Part shown: piece after piece, positions 14,848 to 29,534 of the stretch | Layout: every line of letters begins with the position of its first letter | How positions within the stretch are numbered: the stretch's first letter is position 1 | NCBI GenBank assembly: GCA_964016885.1 | Contig: OZ024741.1 | Location: 73,532,001 to 73,596,000, forward strand | DNA length: 64,000 nucleotides | Direction of reading: 5' to 3' | DNA from: Eledone cirrhosa | Lineage: Eukaryota | Made by a program: the position numbers and the translations under genes | Notes under the pieces: generated by a model | What the model was told of the DNA's origin: nothing | Seen by the model: only the letters and a program-made list of their open reading frames with translations | Database searches by the model: none

Positions 14848-14941
<94 letters not shown>

Positions 14942-15009
14942 CATATATAAATATATACACACACACACATACACACACATATATATATAAATATGTATTT
15001 TTATGTATG

Positions 15010-15061
<52 letters not shown>

Positions 15062-15698
15062 AGACGCAAATGAGAACATTTCCAGTTAAGGATCATACAA
15101 TTGTATTGGTGGAATAATAATAACATCATCAGGTTAGTTTTGACGCTACACAAAAAAGTAACAATAGAACTCGTTTCCCACTGACGTATCGTATTTGTCG
15201 GCCATGTTTGCTTTAGTTTTCCTTCGACACAAAATTTGTTTCAAAAGATAGGGAATTAACAATGTTGACATTAGAGTATTTGTGTTTTCTTGTTAAATGT
15301 GATACCAGTTCTCAGTTACCATTGTCTTTTTTTTTCTGTTGATTGTAAAGATGAATTTTTTATCACTTTATATGATATATTTGCTAATGTTATTGGTTAT
15401 ATAGATTTATACGCTCCGCCATTTTGCTAAAAAAATATTTGTATTGGAAGAATAAAACATCATCGATATGTTTTTTTTAACTCTGCATCTGAATACCGTC
15501 TTATTTACATTTTTGTTTTGTTTTGTTTTAATTTTTCTCATTCTTCTGATTGCTTTAAAAGTCTCTCTCCATTCTCTCTCTCTCTATATATATATATGCG
15601 TGTGTACGCGTGTGTGTGTGTGTGTACACATACCCCTTCTCTTATAAAAGAGAGCAAAAGAAAAAAAGTGATGAAAAGACATAAAGTTGCGACTGTGG

Positions 15699-16776
<1,078 letters not shown>

Positions 16777-17629
16777 TATACATATACATGCATGCTTGCC
16801 TGTACGTATGTATGTATGCTTGTATGTATGCATGTATGTCAGGTCACCAGTTGGTGCTACTGGTAACATGTATCCCAGTACAACCTGTCTCATGGTCGGG
16901 TCGTTGGCGACTAAACTGGCAACCCCACCAAGGTTTCTTGGTGAGGAGGGTGACTTTGGACATCCTGCAGGACTAAAAACAAAACCTGTCAAAGGGGAGA
17001 GGACCTCTTAAGAGTCAATGGCCATCCAAAATCACCGGGAGAGATGACCCCTTAGCCTTTCTCAAGGCAGAATTCTAGGAGAAGGAGAACTCTGATATAA
17101 CACCTGCAACCCTGATGGTATCCAATGATGTTGACTTGTTCTTCTTTTTGGTAAATATCATCTTGGTCAAGAGAGTGGGACTGGCTTTGTGCAGTGCCTT
17201 TGCTCACTATAAAAGATTCACGGCACAGGCATTGCTTTATATCTGGAGATCTCTCTGCACTTGTCGTCACATGGTACCATGGGCCCAGCACTATGTGACA
17301 ATAATTGTCACAAGTGTAGTGTTTGTACCAGAGTTTTCAAGTCGCTGGCTGGACTAAAAAGTCACACTCGTTCAGCGCATCGGTAGGGGTTCTCCTACAT
17401 GGATATAAAGTAGTGGCCGTACTCGAAAACGAGTTGGCAGCCACCATGTATGCATGTATGAGTATGTGTGTAGGTTTTGTACTAACATACACTTTCAAGC
17501 CACTGCCACCATTCCGCAGTTCTCCTGAAGCAGCCGTCTTTCATAGTCACCTTATCCCCAGATCAATCAGTAGTGCCTCAATAAATACATTATACAGAGT
17601 GAGCCTCTCAATAATTTCATCACACAAAA

Positions 17630-18692
17630 AAAAAAATATCAAGGAAACTGTCTTCTAGTGTTGTTCTACACAGGCATGGACGTGTGGTTAAGGAATTCGT
17701 TGAAAATAAGAATGGAACTTCATCAATTAAAGGTGCAAAGAATATCAAAGTGTTAGCAAAACACGAAGGCCAACAAAGACTGTGCACTAAATAGAAGCAA
17801 ACATCAATGCCTGGACAGTATGTTCTCCGTAGCAAAGAATCTGATATAGATCACGCTCACACCTATCTGTGGCTGCTGTGTTCTGGGCTAAAGACAGAGA
17901 GTGAGGGCTTCATTTTGGCTGAACAAGACCAGTGTCTCCCAACGCGCAACTTTCAAGCCAATCTGATCAGAAGTGGAATTGACCAAAAGTGTCGATTCTG
18001 TGATGACCATTTTGATACCATTGACCACTTGGTTTCAGGCTGCAAGGTTGTAGCTGCCCAGAAATATAAAATGAGGCATGATAGAGTGGGGCATATATTC
18101 ACTAGGCAATGTGCAGGTTCTACGGTCTGAAAACGGAAGGAAAATGGTACAACAATCACCCAGATGCAGTAACATGAGGCGAGAACGTAACAATTCTCTG
18201 GGAGACAGAACAATCAAGGCCAACAGACCTGATATAATTGTGAAGGACCGTAAAGAGAAAACATGTTTCTTAATTGACATGAGCATTCCATCAGATCGTA
18301 ATATCTCATCGAAAGAATTATGGAAGCTCAGTATGTATAAAGATCTATCAATTGACATTGAGAAAATGTGGCATCTTAAAGCCTGTACAACACCAATGAT
18401 AGTCGGCGCACTTGGAATGCTAAAAAAGATGTACTGAAAAATATTTTGATCGGATACCTGGAAATCCATCTCTGCAAGAGTTAAAGAAAATAGTACTGAC
18501 TGACACTGCCCAAGTCCTTAGAAAGGCATTATCAATTTAAAAACTGTGCAAGGACATTTACTGTTGTTTTTGCCCTTGTGGCATCATTTGTGTGACAATT
18601 GATTGTGAAATGTGTGTATTATCAAATTTTGCCTCAGGTTGATACTCGGCTTGATTTGGGAAAGAAGCAGAAGTTCAAATAATAATAATAAT
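17630..18692 (+). mobile_element. 5'-truncated, decayed R4/Dong-type non-LTR retrotransposon (CCHC finger + restriction-like endonuclease)
   Basis: Translations show GLKTESEGFILAEQDQ, CRFC..TIDHLVSGC, RHDRV, NRPDIIV..LIDMSIP, IVGALG; frameshifts and stops; 3' UTR ends in (TAA)n near 18679. Confidence 0.88.
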
Positions 18693-19032
18693 AGTAACAA
18701 CAACAGCATAATCAACAACAATTACAGCAACATCATCATCAAGAATAATAACAACATTATCAACAACAATAACAACAGGAAATAGCAGCAATTATGCAAT
18801 AATATCACAGTCATCAATTAAAAGAAATATCTGCTTTGCGCCTAAAGATAAACCATTAGTGGCATCTGTTGGAGGAATCAATACAATGGTTGTAGAACAA
18901 TCGAATCAGCCTCGTTTACGAATGTAAAATACATCAATGGATATAACGCCATTTTGAAAAACTGTTCATATTCTCGTAATTGCTTATTCTCAAATGTTGT
19001 TTGGCCCTAAGACGACCCTTTATTGGCCATAC

Positions 19033-19197
<165 letters not shown>

Positions 19198-19333
19198 TAT
19201 ATACATATATGTAGCGCGCGTATGTGTATGTGCATCTGTGTGTAGTGCGTTTGTATTCAGATAACGAGATGCAAGCAAACGAAAGAACTAACTGCTATAA
19301 TCTGAGCAGATCCAATACTTTTAAGACTATTTA

Positions 19334-19504
<171 letters not shown>

Positions 19505-19683
19505 TCATGTATAAATATGTATATAATAGTAAGGAGAGAAATACACATATAGTTATGTGTATTTCTCTCCTTACTGTTATATAAAGAGCTCGGAATTTGT
19601 TCCTTGAGGTTATTTGATTATAGGGGGTTATTGTGAGATTTTTAACTCGACATTTTAATTTGATACACACACACACACACACT

Positions 19684-19745
<62 letters not shown>

Positions 19746-20205
19746 CGCGAATTCCTTTGTTTGAATTCAACTACCAAAATTACGATTTATGGTCTGCGAG
19801 AAATTCTCCCTCTTTTCATTAGAGGTGGGGTGAGGAACTGCCGTGAACTGCTAGATAGCTTATCCACTAGTGAAGGCTGGCTCACACAGCACGGAACTAT
19901 CGCATAATATTATTGGGTAATCCTGCTGAAGACGTGTAATAGCCCGATTACGTAAATATCCGCTGATTTTGCGTGATTTTCTGAACATTGCAGAAATAAA
20001 ATCTGCATTTGGAAAGTTATATTACACAGAAACTCCAGGAGGGAGATATTTACATCTATCTCTAACTAAGAACACAGCCAACTGTCTACAGTAAACTAAA
20101 TGTATGTATAAATGATCGTAGGTATTCCAACCATGCACGTCTGTAGTTTTAACCCAAGATACAATTTTAAATAGTAGGCTACGATTTGTCGTGGAATTGG
20201 GGTAA

Positions 20206-20577
20206 ACCACCACCACCACCACCACCATCACCACCACTATCACCACCATCACCACTACCACCATCACCACCACTATCACCACCACTATCACGACCATCAC
20301 CACCATCACCACTATCACCACCACCACCGTTACCACTACCACCACCACCACCACCACCACCACCACCACTACCATCACCACCACTGCCACCACTATCACC
20401 ACCACTATCACCACCATCACCACCACCACCATCACCACCACTATCACCACCATCACCATCACCACCACCACTACCATCACCATCACTGCCACCACTATCA
20501 CCACCATCACCACCACCACCACTACCATCACCACCACCACCGTTACCCCCACCAGCAGCAGCAGCAACAACAACAGC
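20206..20577. repeat. (CCA)n-derived low-complexity minisatellite
   Basis: CCACCACTATCACCACCATCA-type units; yields spurious poly-P/G/V ORFs. Confidence 0.9.
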
Positions 20578-21796
20578 AAGAAACAAAGAAACAAACATGA
20601 AAAAGATAAAAATACGTTAAACAGACAAGAAAGAAAAGCAAAATAGTAATAAGAACAGCAGCAACTGCAGTAGCAACGGCTGCCTTTACGGTAATAATAG
20701 CAGCAACAGCAGCAACAAGTAAAACTATTAGCTGAGTATAATTGGATGTATCAAGCGGCTTATCCGATTAAATTGCAAAACATATTAGTTTCATTGGAGC
20801 GTGATATCCGCAGAGATTAACAGTCATTTCATGTCTGTCTCCTTCCATACTGTTTCATTTGAAATAAGGATGCTGCCGCATTAGTGGAAATGCCAAGCTT
20901 GACATTAAGCATAATGTGTCACATCTTAACTAGTTCTAAAATAATAAGATAATAATTTTAGAAAATGGAAAAGAAAAAAAAAATTCAACTTGCATATACT
21001 TGGATTAAATAATAGAAATAGAAATAAAATAAAATAAAATAAAATAAAATAACATACAAACAGATGTTTCTAAGAAAAAAAGAGAAATATTCTTTATGGT
21101 TATTTCGGTTTTTGCCGTCTTTTATTTTTTATGAGAGAAGAGTGTGCATCAGTGCGAATGTATGTATGGGTGAATATGTATACTATATGAGAATGAGTGT
21201 TTGGGTATCTGTAGCAATTTTTTTTTTTTCAACAGGATATTGTATCAATTTGAAATGATGGTTTAACGTATTGTGCATCTCTAACCATAAATCTAATGAG
21301 TTTCTTTCTTCCCAGAATGCAAAGTAACTCGATGACGCATCATTTTGAGTAGGACAGCTGGCAGCAGCCGACATGCTGCTCCCCCCCCCCCCCCCCCCCC
21401 CTCCCCGATGCTCCCCGTGCCTTTTTCATTAATGTGTTGTGAAATTATCAAAATATTTCAAGCCCAAATGACTATTCTACCACCTTACTTCATAGAATAA
21501 AACGAGTAACATTTTATATTTAATGTCCCTCTGGTGCCTGCCAGCTGGAAAGTACAGGGACCACTGATTTCGAGCAGAATGATAAATAAAGAGTTCAATA
21601 AAAAGAAAACACTAAAAGACAAACTTGCAATCAATCTTCCAAGATCGATATTTTCATGATTAACACGAGACATATCCACCCCACCTCCCCTCTCTCTCTG
21701 TTTCTCTCTCTCTTATTCTTTCTTTGTTTCTCTCTGTCTCTCTTGCTCGCTCACTCGCCCCTCTCTCTCTCTCTCTTTCTCTCTATCTCTCTTTCC

Positions 21797-21850
<54 letters not shown>

Positions 21851-21855
<5 letters not shown>

Positions 21856-22135
21856 ATATTAAATAAATGGAAACTATATTTATAAAACCATATTTATTCT
21901 ATTATATATATTTCAAGGGTAGCAAAACTTTTGGTACGCTATCATCAGATAAAATACGAAGTGTGTTTTATAAATTTTGACATAACCAAGGATAATATAC
22001 CTTAACGGTTCAAGTTATCCCTGGATAGAGATATCATTGTATATTATACTCCAGAAAACTTGTTGAGTGCTCTGAATCAGTTATAAACATTTATATTTGT
22101 TGAATTACCAACAAATTGAATATCCCTTCTGCTTA
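21851..22135. mobile_element. PLE pseudo-LTR: minus-strand arm with hammerhead followed by a plus-strand tail
   Basis: 21851-22015 is reverse-complementary to about 14340-14515, and 22030-22135 matches about 14505-14612 directly; tail hairpin 22047-22069. Confidence 0.75.
21895..21956 (-). ncRNA. Minimal hammerhead ribozyme
   Basis: Minus strand TATTTTAT-CTGATGA-TAGCGTACCAAAAGTTTTGCTACCCTT-GAAA-TATATA-TA-ATAGAATA; stem II imperfect. Confidence 0.7.
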
Positions 22136-22223
22136 TATATATATATATATGTATGTATGTATGTGTATTTGTGTGTTTGTGTATATATAACCTAAGAAAA
22201 GTTGCCAATATATATATATACAG

Positions 22224-22258
<35 letters not shown>

Positions 22259-22662
22259 TTAGTTGATTTGTGCCGTTAGTAAGATTAAATGTGCTTCATT
22301 ATCTTATAGGTGTAACTAATTAATTAGTTGTGTTGGTGTGTGTGGGTGTGTCGGGGAAGTAGTAGTACGTGTGTGTTGGTGTGGGAGTGGATGGGGAAGT
22401 AGTAGTACGTGTGTGTTGGTGTGGGAGTGGATGGGGAAGGTAAAGTGAAGAGGGGTAGTGTGTTAAGGCCACTCCCACTCCAGGTCTGGAGAGAGAAATA
22501 ATCCGCCGCTCTGTTCTCTGGTGGGAGCCCGGGGCACCGAAACTAGCAACGAGGTCGAAAACAGAGAGATGGGGTGGAGTGTCCAGCAGAGGGAAAATGT
22601 TGGGTGACCGGAGACTGGTTGCCGAGCCGGATATCCCGGAGATGCTCGTCGAACTTGTCCGC

Positions 22663-22728
<66 letters not shown>

Positions 22729-22859
22729 AGGGAGAGACTAAGTACGCTCGTGCTTTTTCTTTACAAACTGTTTCCGTTCTTTCCTCTTCTCACTCTCTAT
22801 ATTTCTATTTCAACTTTTATTTTTCATTCTAAATTCTGAAGAAAGATCGATTTGAATGG

Positions 22860-23660
22860 TTGATAGAAACAGATATCCAGGTAGTGGAGGGAAGTGGAGG
22901 AGATAGAGGTGGTGGAGTCAAAGGTGGGGTAGAAAGAACAAAAGAAGGAGGGAGAGGAAGGAATCGAGGTGTATTTGGGTGAGTGGCCTGGCACTGATGC
23001 AGTCGTCAACATAACGTTTGTGTAGCTCGGGAGTGGGGTCGGAATATTGGGAAAAAAATTTGGGCCTCAAACCTAGCTGACGAACGAATTAGCCTAACTG
23101 GGGATCGTTGTTGTGCTCATGAGTATTCCTGTCGTCTGAGAAAGAGAAACAGTTGAAGGTGACGACCAGTTCAGTCAGGCGGTAACGGGTGAAGGTGAAA
23201 AGTTGAGGCGATGGTCATAGGCTGAGGAAATGTTGGCGGGTCACGAGACCCTCGGCGTGTATAGAGAGACTTGATACTGACTGTGAAGAGGTGTTGGGTG
23301 AGATTGGAAGATGGGAGGGCAGAATGGCAATTAGAGGTTCAAAAGTCTAGGAAAGCCGAAAACAGTTCAGTTGGACAGTTGCACGTGGAGACGATGAGAC
23401 GGTCTGGGGTGCCCGGTTTATGGGGGAAGGAGTATATGGCAGACATTCGGGGTGTGCAGATGATAAGGTTGGCGTCTGTGGCGTAAGTGGGGGAAACCTG
23501 TTACTGGTAGAGATGAGTGGGGACAGAAGGCGAGGTGCGATAAAAGAGGAGGTTGTGGAGCTTCCGTAATGTCTTTGTTTTGTTGAGGTCAGCGCGCCAT
23601 ACGACCACGGCACCTCCTTTGCTGGTTTGATGACAATATCATCATGCTGTTGGGGCAAGC
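22860..23660 (-). pseudogene. Decayed Penelope-like reverse transcriptase fragment
   Basis: Manual minus-strand translation gives, in order, DIVIKPA, HKPGTPDRLIVS (HKxGxPGRPIVS-like), SLYT, FNCFSF, GILMSTTTIPS*ANSF (GxxMGxxxxPSYANLF-like) and PELHKRYVDDCI; many frameshifts. Confidence 0.75.
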
Positions 23661-24510
23661 GGAGGTCGGCTATTTCAGACGGTGGAAGTGTTTTCGAAAG
23701 TCGAACCGATTCACTGCTCGATGGAAGTCGTCAACGAATTATCCGTGTGTGCGTGTGGGGGTATGTGCGTGTATGCGTATGTGCGTGTGTGCGTATGTGC
23801 GTATGTGGGTGTGTGTGTATGTGCATGTGTGCGTATGTGCTTGTGTACGTGTGTGTATGCATATAGGCATATAGACTCACGGTTTAGCCTAAATAAAATG
23901 AATATTTAAACCCTACTTCGGTATTGAGTACTCTTTCTCTCATTCTCATCCGTCAACTCCATAGGTCCTGTTTCCCTCATGGACTCAACTCCCCTCCCCA
24001 ATTCCTTTAATACCCCGTCCGTTATTACACACGCGCTTGTACGTTTACCCCTAGATTCCTATGGCTCTCTTATGGTCAGAAACATACTCTTACAGCTAAT
24101 ACAGACCGACAAAATATGCACACTCCACTTTTCCCTTCACAGCTCTGTATACCCACACAACCTTACATTAACATACTTTTGCTCATAGCTTCGTACTTAC
24201 AAGCACACATACACTCTTTTACTTACATATACAGACACATATCCTCTTAGTTTCGTACGGACGTATAATAACATACACACACACACACGCACACCACACA
24301 CACGCATATGTACGCGCACAAGTATAGCTCTTTTTTTCCATTTTAGGTAGACACGCTCCATGATCCTAATACACAAAACGCCAGCATCAACAGTTTTCCA
24401 AGAGATGGCAACATGAATGGACCTGTTATTTTTCTCTAAAAACATTTTTTCCAATTCCACCCCGCCCGTCTCTCCAAAATATCTAATTTCTCATTATTTC
24501 TTCTGATGAA

Positions 24511-24695
24511 GGGCGGTGGATTGGCAGTATCGGTAGAGGGTCGGACGCCATGCTTTGCAGCATAGTTACGTCCCTTTACGATCTGAGTTCAAATCCCTCC
24601 GAGGTTGACTTTGCCTTTCATCCTTACGGGGTCGATAAAATAAAGTACCAGTAATGTACTGGGTAATTACAGGCCTTGTGCCTAAAGTAGAAACA
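24511..24695 (+). mobile_element. tRNA-derived CORE-type SINE inserted in a hammerhead-bearing repeat, 18-bp TSD
   Basis: A box TGGCAGTATCGGTAGA, B box GAGTTCAAATCC, CORE-like GCCTTTCATCCTTACGGGGTCGATAAAATAAAGTACCAG; TSD ATTATTTCTTCTGATGAA at 24493-24510 and 24696-24713. Confidence 0.92.
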
Positions 24696-24806
24696 ATTAT
24701 TTCTTCTGATGAAAGACTAGCATCCGAAACGTTAATACCCTCTACCTGGTATTTCAAGCGTTAACCTAATATATTCCTTCCATATACTGTACCGATTCTG
24801 TGTACC

Positions 24807-24857
<51 letters not shown>

Positions 24858-24926
24858 CATACATATATATATATACATATCGGATGTTGATTTTCGTTAA
24901 TTCCTGTGCTGAAATACGATTCTCGC

Positions 24927-25009
<83 letters not shown>

Positions 25010-25017
<8 letters not shown>

Positions 25018-25895
25018 TAAGAACAAAAGATGGTTAAAAGAGTTCCATGTATTTTATTATGCGCATTTCAAAAACAAATATCATCATGCAATAATATTTG
25101 TATTTTCATCAGATAAAACAGGAGGACATGATATGAAGGTTAAAAAACACTTGTGGATAGTTCAGTTTTAAATCAACATATGAGAAGTAGTTTTAGATTG
25201 ATGTGTGATATTGGGAAAAATATTTTATTTAGAGGGAGGGGGGTGGAAAGGATGAAAAAAAGAAGGAGATGAGAGTGAAGGTGGAGAGGGAGGAGTATAA
25301 TGAGGAAGGATGAGATAGGAGGAGAGATGGGTTATAGAGAGAGAGAGATAGCTTTTATAACTGAGAAAGATATATTGTTTTACATAGAGAGGTTGAAAAC
25401 CGTTGGAAGATAATGTATAAATTAAAAGAATTTGAAAATTAACGAAGAGAAAAATAATGTAAAGTTAAGGTTTGTATATTGAGGGGTTTGATAATATGTG
25501 CGAAGAAAAAGAAAGAGTTAATATGTATTGAGAATAATGAGTTAGATGAAAGGGAGAAAGAATAATGAATTGAGGAGGAATAATCTAACGTCAAAAAAAA
25601 TGTATATGTTTACGAAGGATTTTTACAAGGTGATATAGAGTAAGAATGTGTTGTATTATGTAATAATTGATTCTATGTTAGGCAACAGTGAGAAAAGGTA
25701 CAGATTAGGGGTTAGATATGTAGAAAGAGTAAACAAGTATTATAGAATTTGAAAATTAACGAAGAGAAAAATAATGTAAAGTTAAGGTTTTGTTCTTATA
25801 TATTATGTATACTCCAGTCCTACAAACTGTAGAGTGCTTCTTATCCGATATCTGCATTGCTTTATTGTACTACAATAAAACTCACACATATATTT
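25010..25895. mobile_element. PLE-like 3' region (minus strand) with an inverted plus-strand tail
   Basis: Minus arm ends TTTTGTTCTTATATAT at about 25010; the same sequence restarts on + at 25787 and continues into the tail hairpin 25810-25836; internal direct duplication of about 45 bp (near 25427 and 25745). Confidence 0.6.
25050..25120 (-). ncRNA. Hammerhead ribozyme with long stem II
   Basis: Minus strand TGTTTTAT-CTGATGA-AAATACAAATATTAT..ATGATATTTGTTTTT-GAAA-TGCGCA-TA-ATAAAATA: 8-bp stem I and palindromic stem III ATGCGCAT. Confidence 0.85.
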
Positions 25896-25900
25896 ATATA

Positions 25901-25979
<79 letters not shown>

Positions 25980-26316
25980 GTCAAAAGCATTCTAATAAAT
26001 ATTGCCTGTACAGGTATTCAAAGAGTATATACATTTTTGGGGACACCCTGTATATATATATGGGGGGGGGGGGGGGTATGTATATTCTAGTAAAGGACTT
26101 CTGGCTATATTCAACATCTACATTTATAAAGCTCTGATGCCCGGATCCACCTTACGCCTCTCTCTCAAACCAAACTTATTGCAGAATACATCATTATCTA
26201 TCTAATTGCATGTCAACAAATGGAATTCATTAACCCCCGCGGCCAAATAATATTTTACTGGAAGCCTTAAAAAGCCCTGAGATACCTATGTGTGTCTGTG
26301 TATATTTGTGTGAGTT

Positions 26317-26356
<40 letters not shown>

Positions 26357-26392
26357 TAAACAGAAGTACACACACGCGCGCGCGCGCGCGCG

Positions 26393-26446
<54 letters not shown>

Positions 26447-27103
26447 AATTTGTGTGTACATGCATAAATATGATGCAGTCGTGTTAATAGTGTTGGTTGT
26501 GATGCTGGTGGTGGTGATGGTGCTTCTGTTGATGGTGCTGGTGCTGGTGCTGGTTGTGATGTTGTTGGTGCATACACTATCTATACGTCACCTTCAAAAA
26601 TCAAGTTGAAATTGCAAAACAACATCACGACAGAACTATGAGAGGTCGTTAAGTAAGAAATGTCTGATTTCAAATTGAAAGTGCATAAGGAAATCGGACA
26701 TTGCATTCTTAAGGACTTAACTTTTCTCCCCAATTAGAGCTTTTTAATACTATGCTAAGATGAATATAGAAAGAAAAAGATCACATAACATTTAAACGGT
26801 ACATATTCCATTAAGACACTGCAGATGAACCATCAAAACCCTGACATATTCCGGTCAACAAGTCCCTTACTCGTCGCGTATGCAACGATGTTCCGAAGAA
26901 TAGTTTAGATATGAAATGTGGCTTTAAAATAGCCTCGACCAACACTGGCTAAAGCCTATTAAAGTTATTTACATCAACGCAAAGAAGAGTATAAATGCTT
27001 TGCGGCAAATAATTTAGTGTGCTAGTGACTAACCACGTTTGAAGGGTGTAGTGTCACAAAGTAGAAGGAAAGATAATAGAGTTGACAGAGGAATTGTACA
27101 TTA

Positions 27104-27104
27104 T

Positions 27105-27171
<67 letters not shown>

Positions 27172-27200
27172 CAGTAGCAGTAGTAGTAGTAGTAGTAGTA
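27104..27200. repeat. (GTA)n microsatellite
   Basis: Directly visible. Confidence 0.95.
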
Positions 27201-27434
27201 AACAATTCAACGATTAGAGAATGGAACCACATGGCATCCCGGATGATATTGCGAAATTGGCAACAGATACCATTAAAATAGGCATAAGTTCAGAAACGGG
27301 CAAATAAGGGAGCAGGTGCTATATTGACGATACAATAATGGTAAGCTGAACGAGACAACAGACCCGCGGACATCAGCTGTCGAAATTGATATAGACACTT
27401 TCAACCCATTTATTTATTTATTAATTAATTTAAT

Positions 27435-27610
27435 ATTGGCAGTATCGGTAGAGGGTCGGACGCCATGCTTTGCAGCACAGTTACGTCCCTTTACAGTCTG
27501 AGTTCAAATCCCGCCGAGGTTAACTTTGCCTTTCATCCTTACGGGGTCGATAAAATAAAGTACCAGTAATGCACTGGGTATTTGCTGGCCTTGTGCCTAA
27601 AGTAGAAACA
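27435..27610 (+). mobile_element. CORE-type SINE, 15-bp TSD
   Basis: Same sequence as the 24511 copy; TSD ATTAATTAATTTAAT at 27420-34 and 27611-25. Confidence 0.92.
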
Positions 27611-27636
27611 ATTAATTAATTTAATTATTTATTTAT

Positions 27637-27810
27637 TATGATTCCTACAGACGATATTCCATCTGGAACCAATGGTTTCATAACCTACCAAATCCTGCAG
27701 AACTGCACATTTGCCTGAATTATGACTAAAAACCAGAGTTGGAAGTTCTGCAAGCTTTGTTAGATCATGAAACCATTATTTGCAATTGAAATATCTCGTG
27801 GATGAAATAA
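27637..27810. mobile_element. Degenerate foldback element (MITE-like)
   Basis: AATGGTTTCATAACCTACCAAATCCTGCAGAACT pairs imperfectly with AGTTCTGCAAGCTTTGTTAGATCATGAAACCATT. Confidence 0.5.
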
Positions 27811-27930
27811 ATATTAATTAAGTTATATGTGTAAAGTAGTAGTCTGTCTTTCTTGTTTACATTTTCGATACACTCAAACACATATGCTCGCGCTCGTGCG
27901 CACACACACATACACATGAAAACATCTCTC

Positions 27931-28025
<95 letters not shown>

Positions 28026-28376
28026 GGGGGGGGATGCATGTGTATGTGTTTTTCGGAGTGTGCGTGCGCGTGTAAGTAATGAAAGTGGAGGAATCCACTA
28101 TTATTTTTGTAAGGTGCATAAAGCTCAATGCGCACTTAAGGTCGCCAGTAAGCAGGAATCGAAATCTAATACAATCACTGTACTTCGAATGATTAAGATA
28201 CAGTTTACTTGTACTCTCGTCTCCGGAATATATGCATGTGAGCCTTAATACCATGTAAATTATTAATTGTAACAGCTTGGTATATTGCTTGTATGTATTA
28301 ATACGAGTCTTATCTGTATAGACACAGTTGTTGAGATTAAAGATTGATTTAATTCAACAACCTTCGTGCATTCATT

Positions 28377-28550
28377 AGTATCGGTAGAGGGTCTGACGCC
28401 ATGCTTTGCAGCAAAGAGTTACGGCCCTTTATGGTCTGAGTTCAAATCCCGCCGAGGTTAACTTTGCCTTTCATCCTTACGGGGTCGATAAAAAAAAGTA
28501 CCAGTAATACACTGGGATAATTGCTGGCCTTGTGCCAAAAGTAGAAACAA
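28377..28550 (+). mobile_element. CORE-type SINE, slightly 5'-truncated
   Basis: Same family; ends AAGTAGAAACAATTATT. Confidence 0.9.
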
Positions 28551-28562
28551 TTATTATATATA

Positions 28563-28928
28563 CTAGCAGAAAAACTACCCTTTCGGTGGTTTTCTGCTAC
28601 CATGTGTAGTGTGTATATTGATATTATACACAAGTATATATACATCTAGATATGATACGTCAAATAAAATCGTAATTGACAATATAAACAAAAATTGAAG
28701 AGAGGCTGTGTTACACTGTCTTATTTAATCAGTAACGTAATCCATGATACATTTAAAAAAAGACGATATTATATATAAACTGCATTAGGAGAAAATTAGT
28801 GACAGGAAAATTAATGTTTATTTAAGTGATCGCCACCAGAAGTGTTGACATTTGAAAATTTTAAAGAAATGAATCTTTAAATAAATAATAAAATATATTT
28901 AATGAACAGCCACGAAATTTTTAGTAGA
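28563..28928 (-). mobile_element. Probable non-autonomous Helitron
   Basis: Minus strand reads A|TCTACTAAAA ... ACCACCGAAAGGGTAGT hairpin ... CTAG|T, matching the TC/CTRR termini, subterminal hairpin and A|T target of Helitrons. The 5' boundary is less certain. Confidence 0.5.
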
Positions 28929-28967
28929 TAAATTATGTAATATTCATTCATTATTTATTCAAAGTAA

Positions 28968-29019
28968 AGTACCAGTAATGCACTGGGTAATTGCTGGCCT
29001 TGTGCCAAAAGTAGAAACA
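28968..29019 (+). mobile_element. 3' fragment of the CORE-type SINE with 18-bp TSD
   Basis: AGTACCAGTAATGCACTGGG..AAGTAGAAACA flanked by ATTATTTATT(C/G)AAAGTAA (28950-67, 29020-37). Confidence 0.85.
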
Positions 29020-29116
29020 ATTATTTATTGAAAGTAATCCAACTTATTTTACTAATGGGATAAAAAATTATAAACCGTACGCAGTCCCGCGCTTCTTACT
29101 TTATTATTATTATTAT

Positions 29117-29295
29117 GGATTGGCAGTATCGGTAGAGGGTCGGACGCCATGCTTTCCAGCATAGTTATGTCCCTTTACGATCTGAGTTCAAATCCCGCCG
29201 AGGTTGACTTTGCCTTTCATCCTTACGGGGTCGATAAAATAAAGTACCAGTAATGCACTGGGTAATTGCTGGCCTTGTGCCTAAAGTAGAAACAA
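29117..29295 (+). mobile_element. CORE-type SINE inserted in (ATT)n
   Basis: A box, B box and CORE present; (ATT)n on both sides. Confidence 0.92.
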
Positions 29296-29297
29296 TT

Positions 29298-29329
<32 letters not shown>

Positions 29330-29534
29330 TATAAAGGGAGCGGCTGAAGGCTTCAAGACCATCATCTTTGTCCGTACCCTGGGTATTTTCATTATAACGA
29401 CATTTGAAAGAGTTCATGTACTGGTTTTGTCACCTGTTGTATGTATTCATACAGCATACAATGACTGATGTAGTGAATAACAGTATGTTATTACTAATAA
29501 ACAGTTAACTTTAAAAACTTGATTCAGTGGATTC

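Noticed and set aside
15075-15132. Minus-strand CTGATGA..GAAA
   Set aside because: Intervening sequence does not form stem II and flanks do not pair.
19926-19960. Hammerhead at CTGAAGA
   Set aside because: No GAAA in register and no stem I; at best a very decayed remnant.
20022-20620. Extensin-like Pro-rich or Gly/Asp-rich protein
   Set aside because: Trinucleotide-derived low complexity open in several frames; no splice or domain evidence.
22836-22880. Hammerhead at CTGAAGA..GAAAC
   Set aside because: Stem II mostly G-T pairs, and no stem I or III.
24511-24600. tRNA gene
   Set aside because: A/B boxes belong to a repeated SINE head with CORE domain and TSDs; no cloverleaf.
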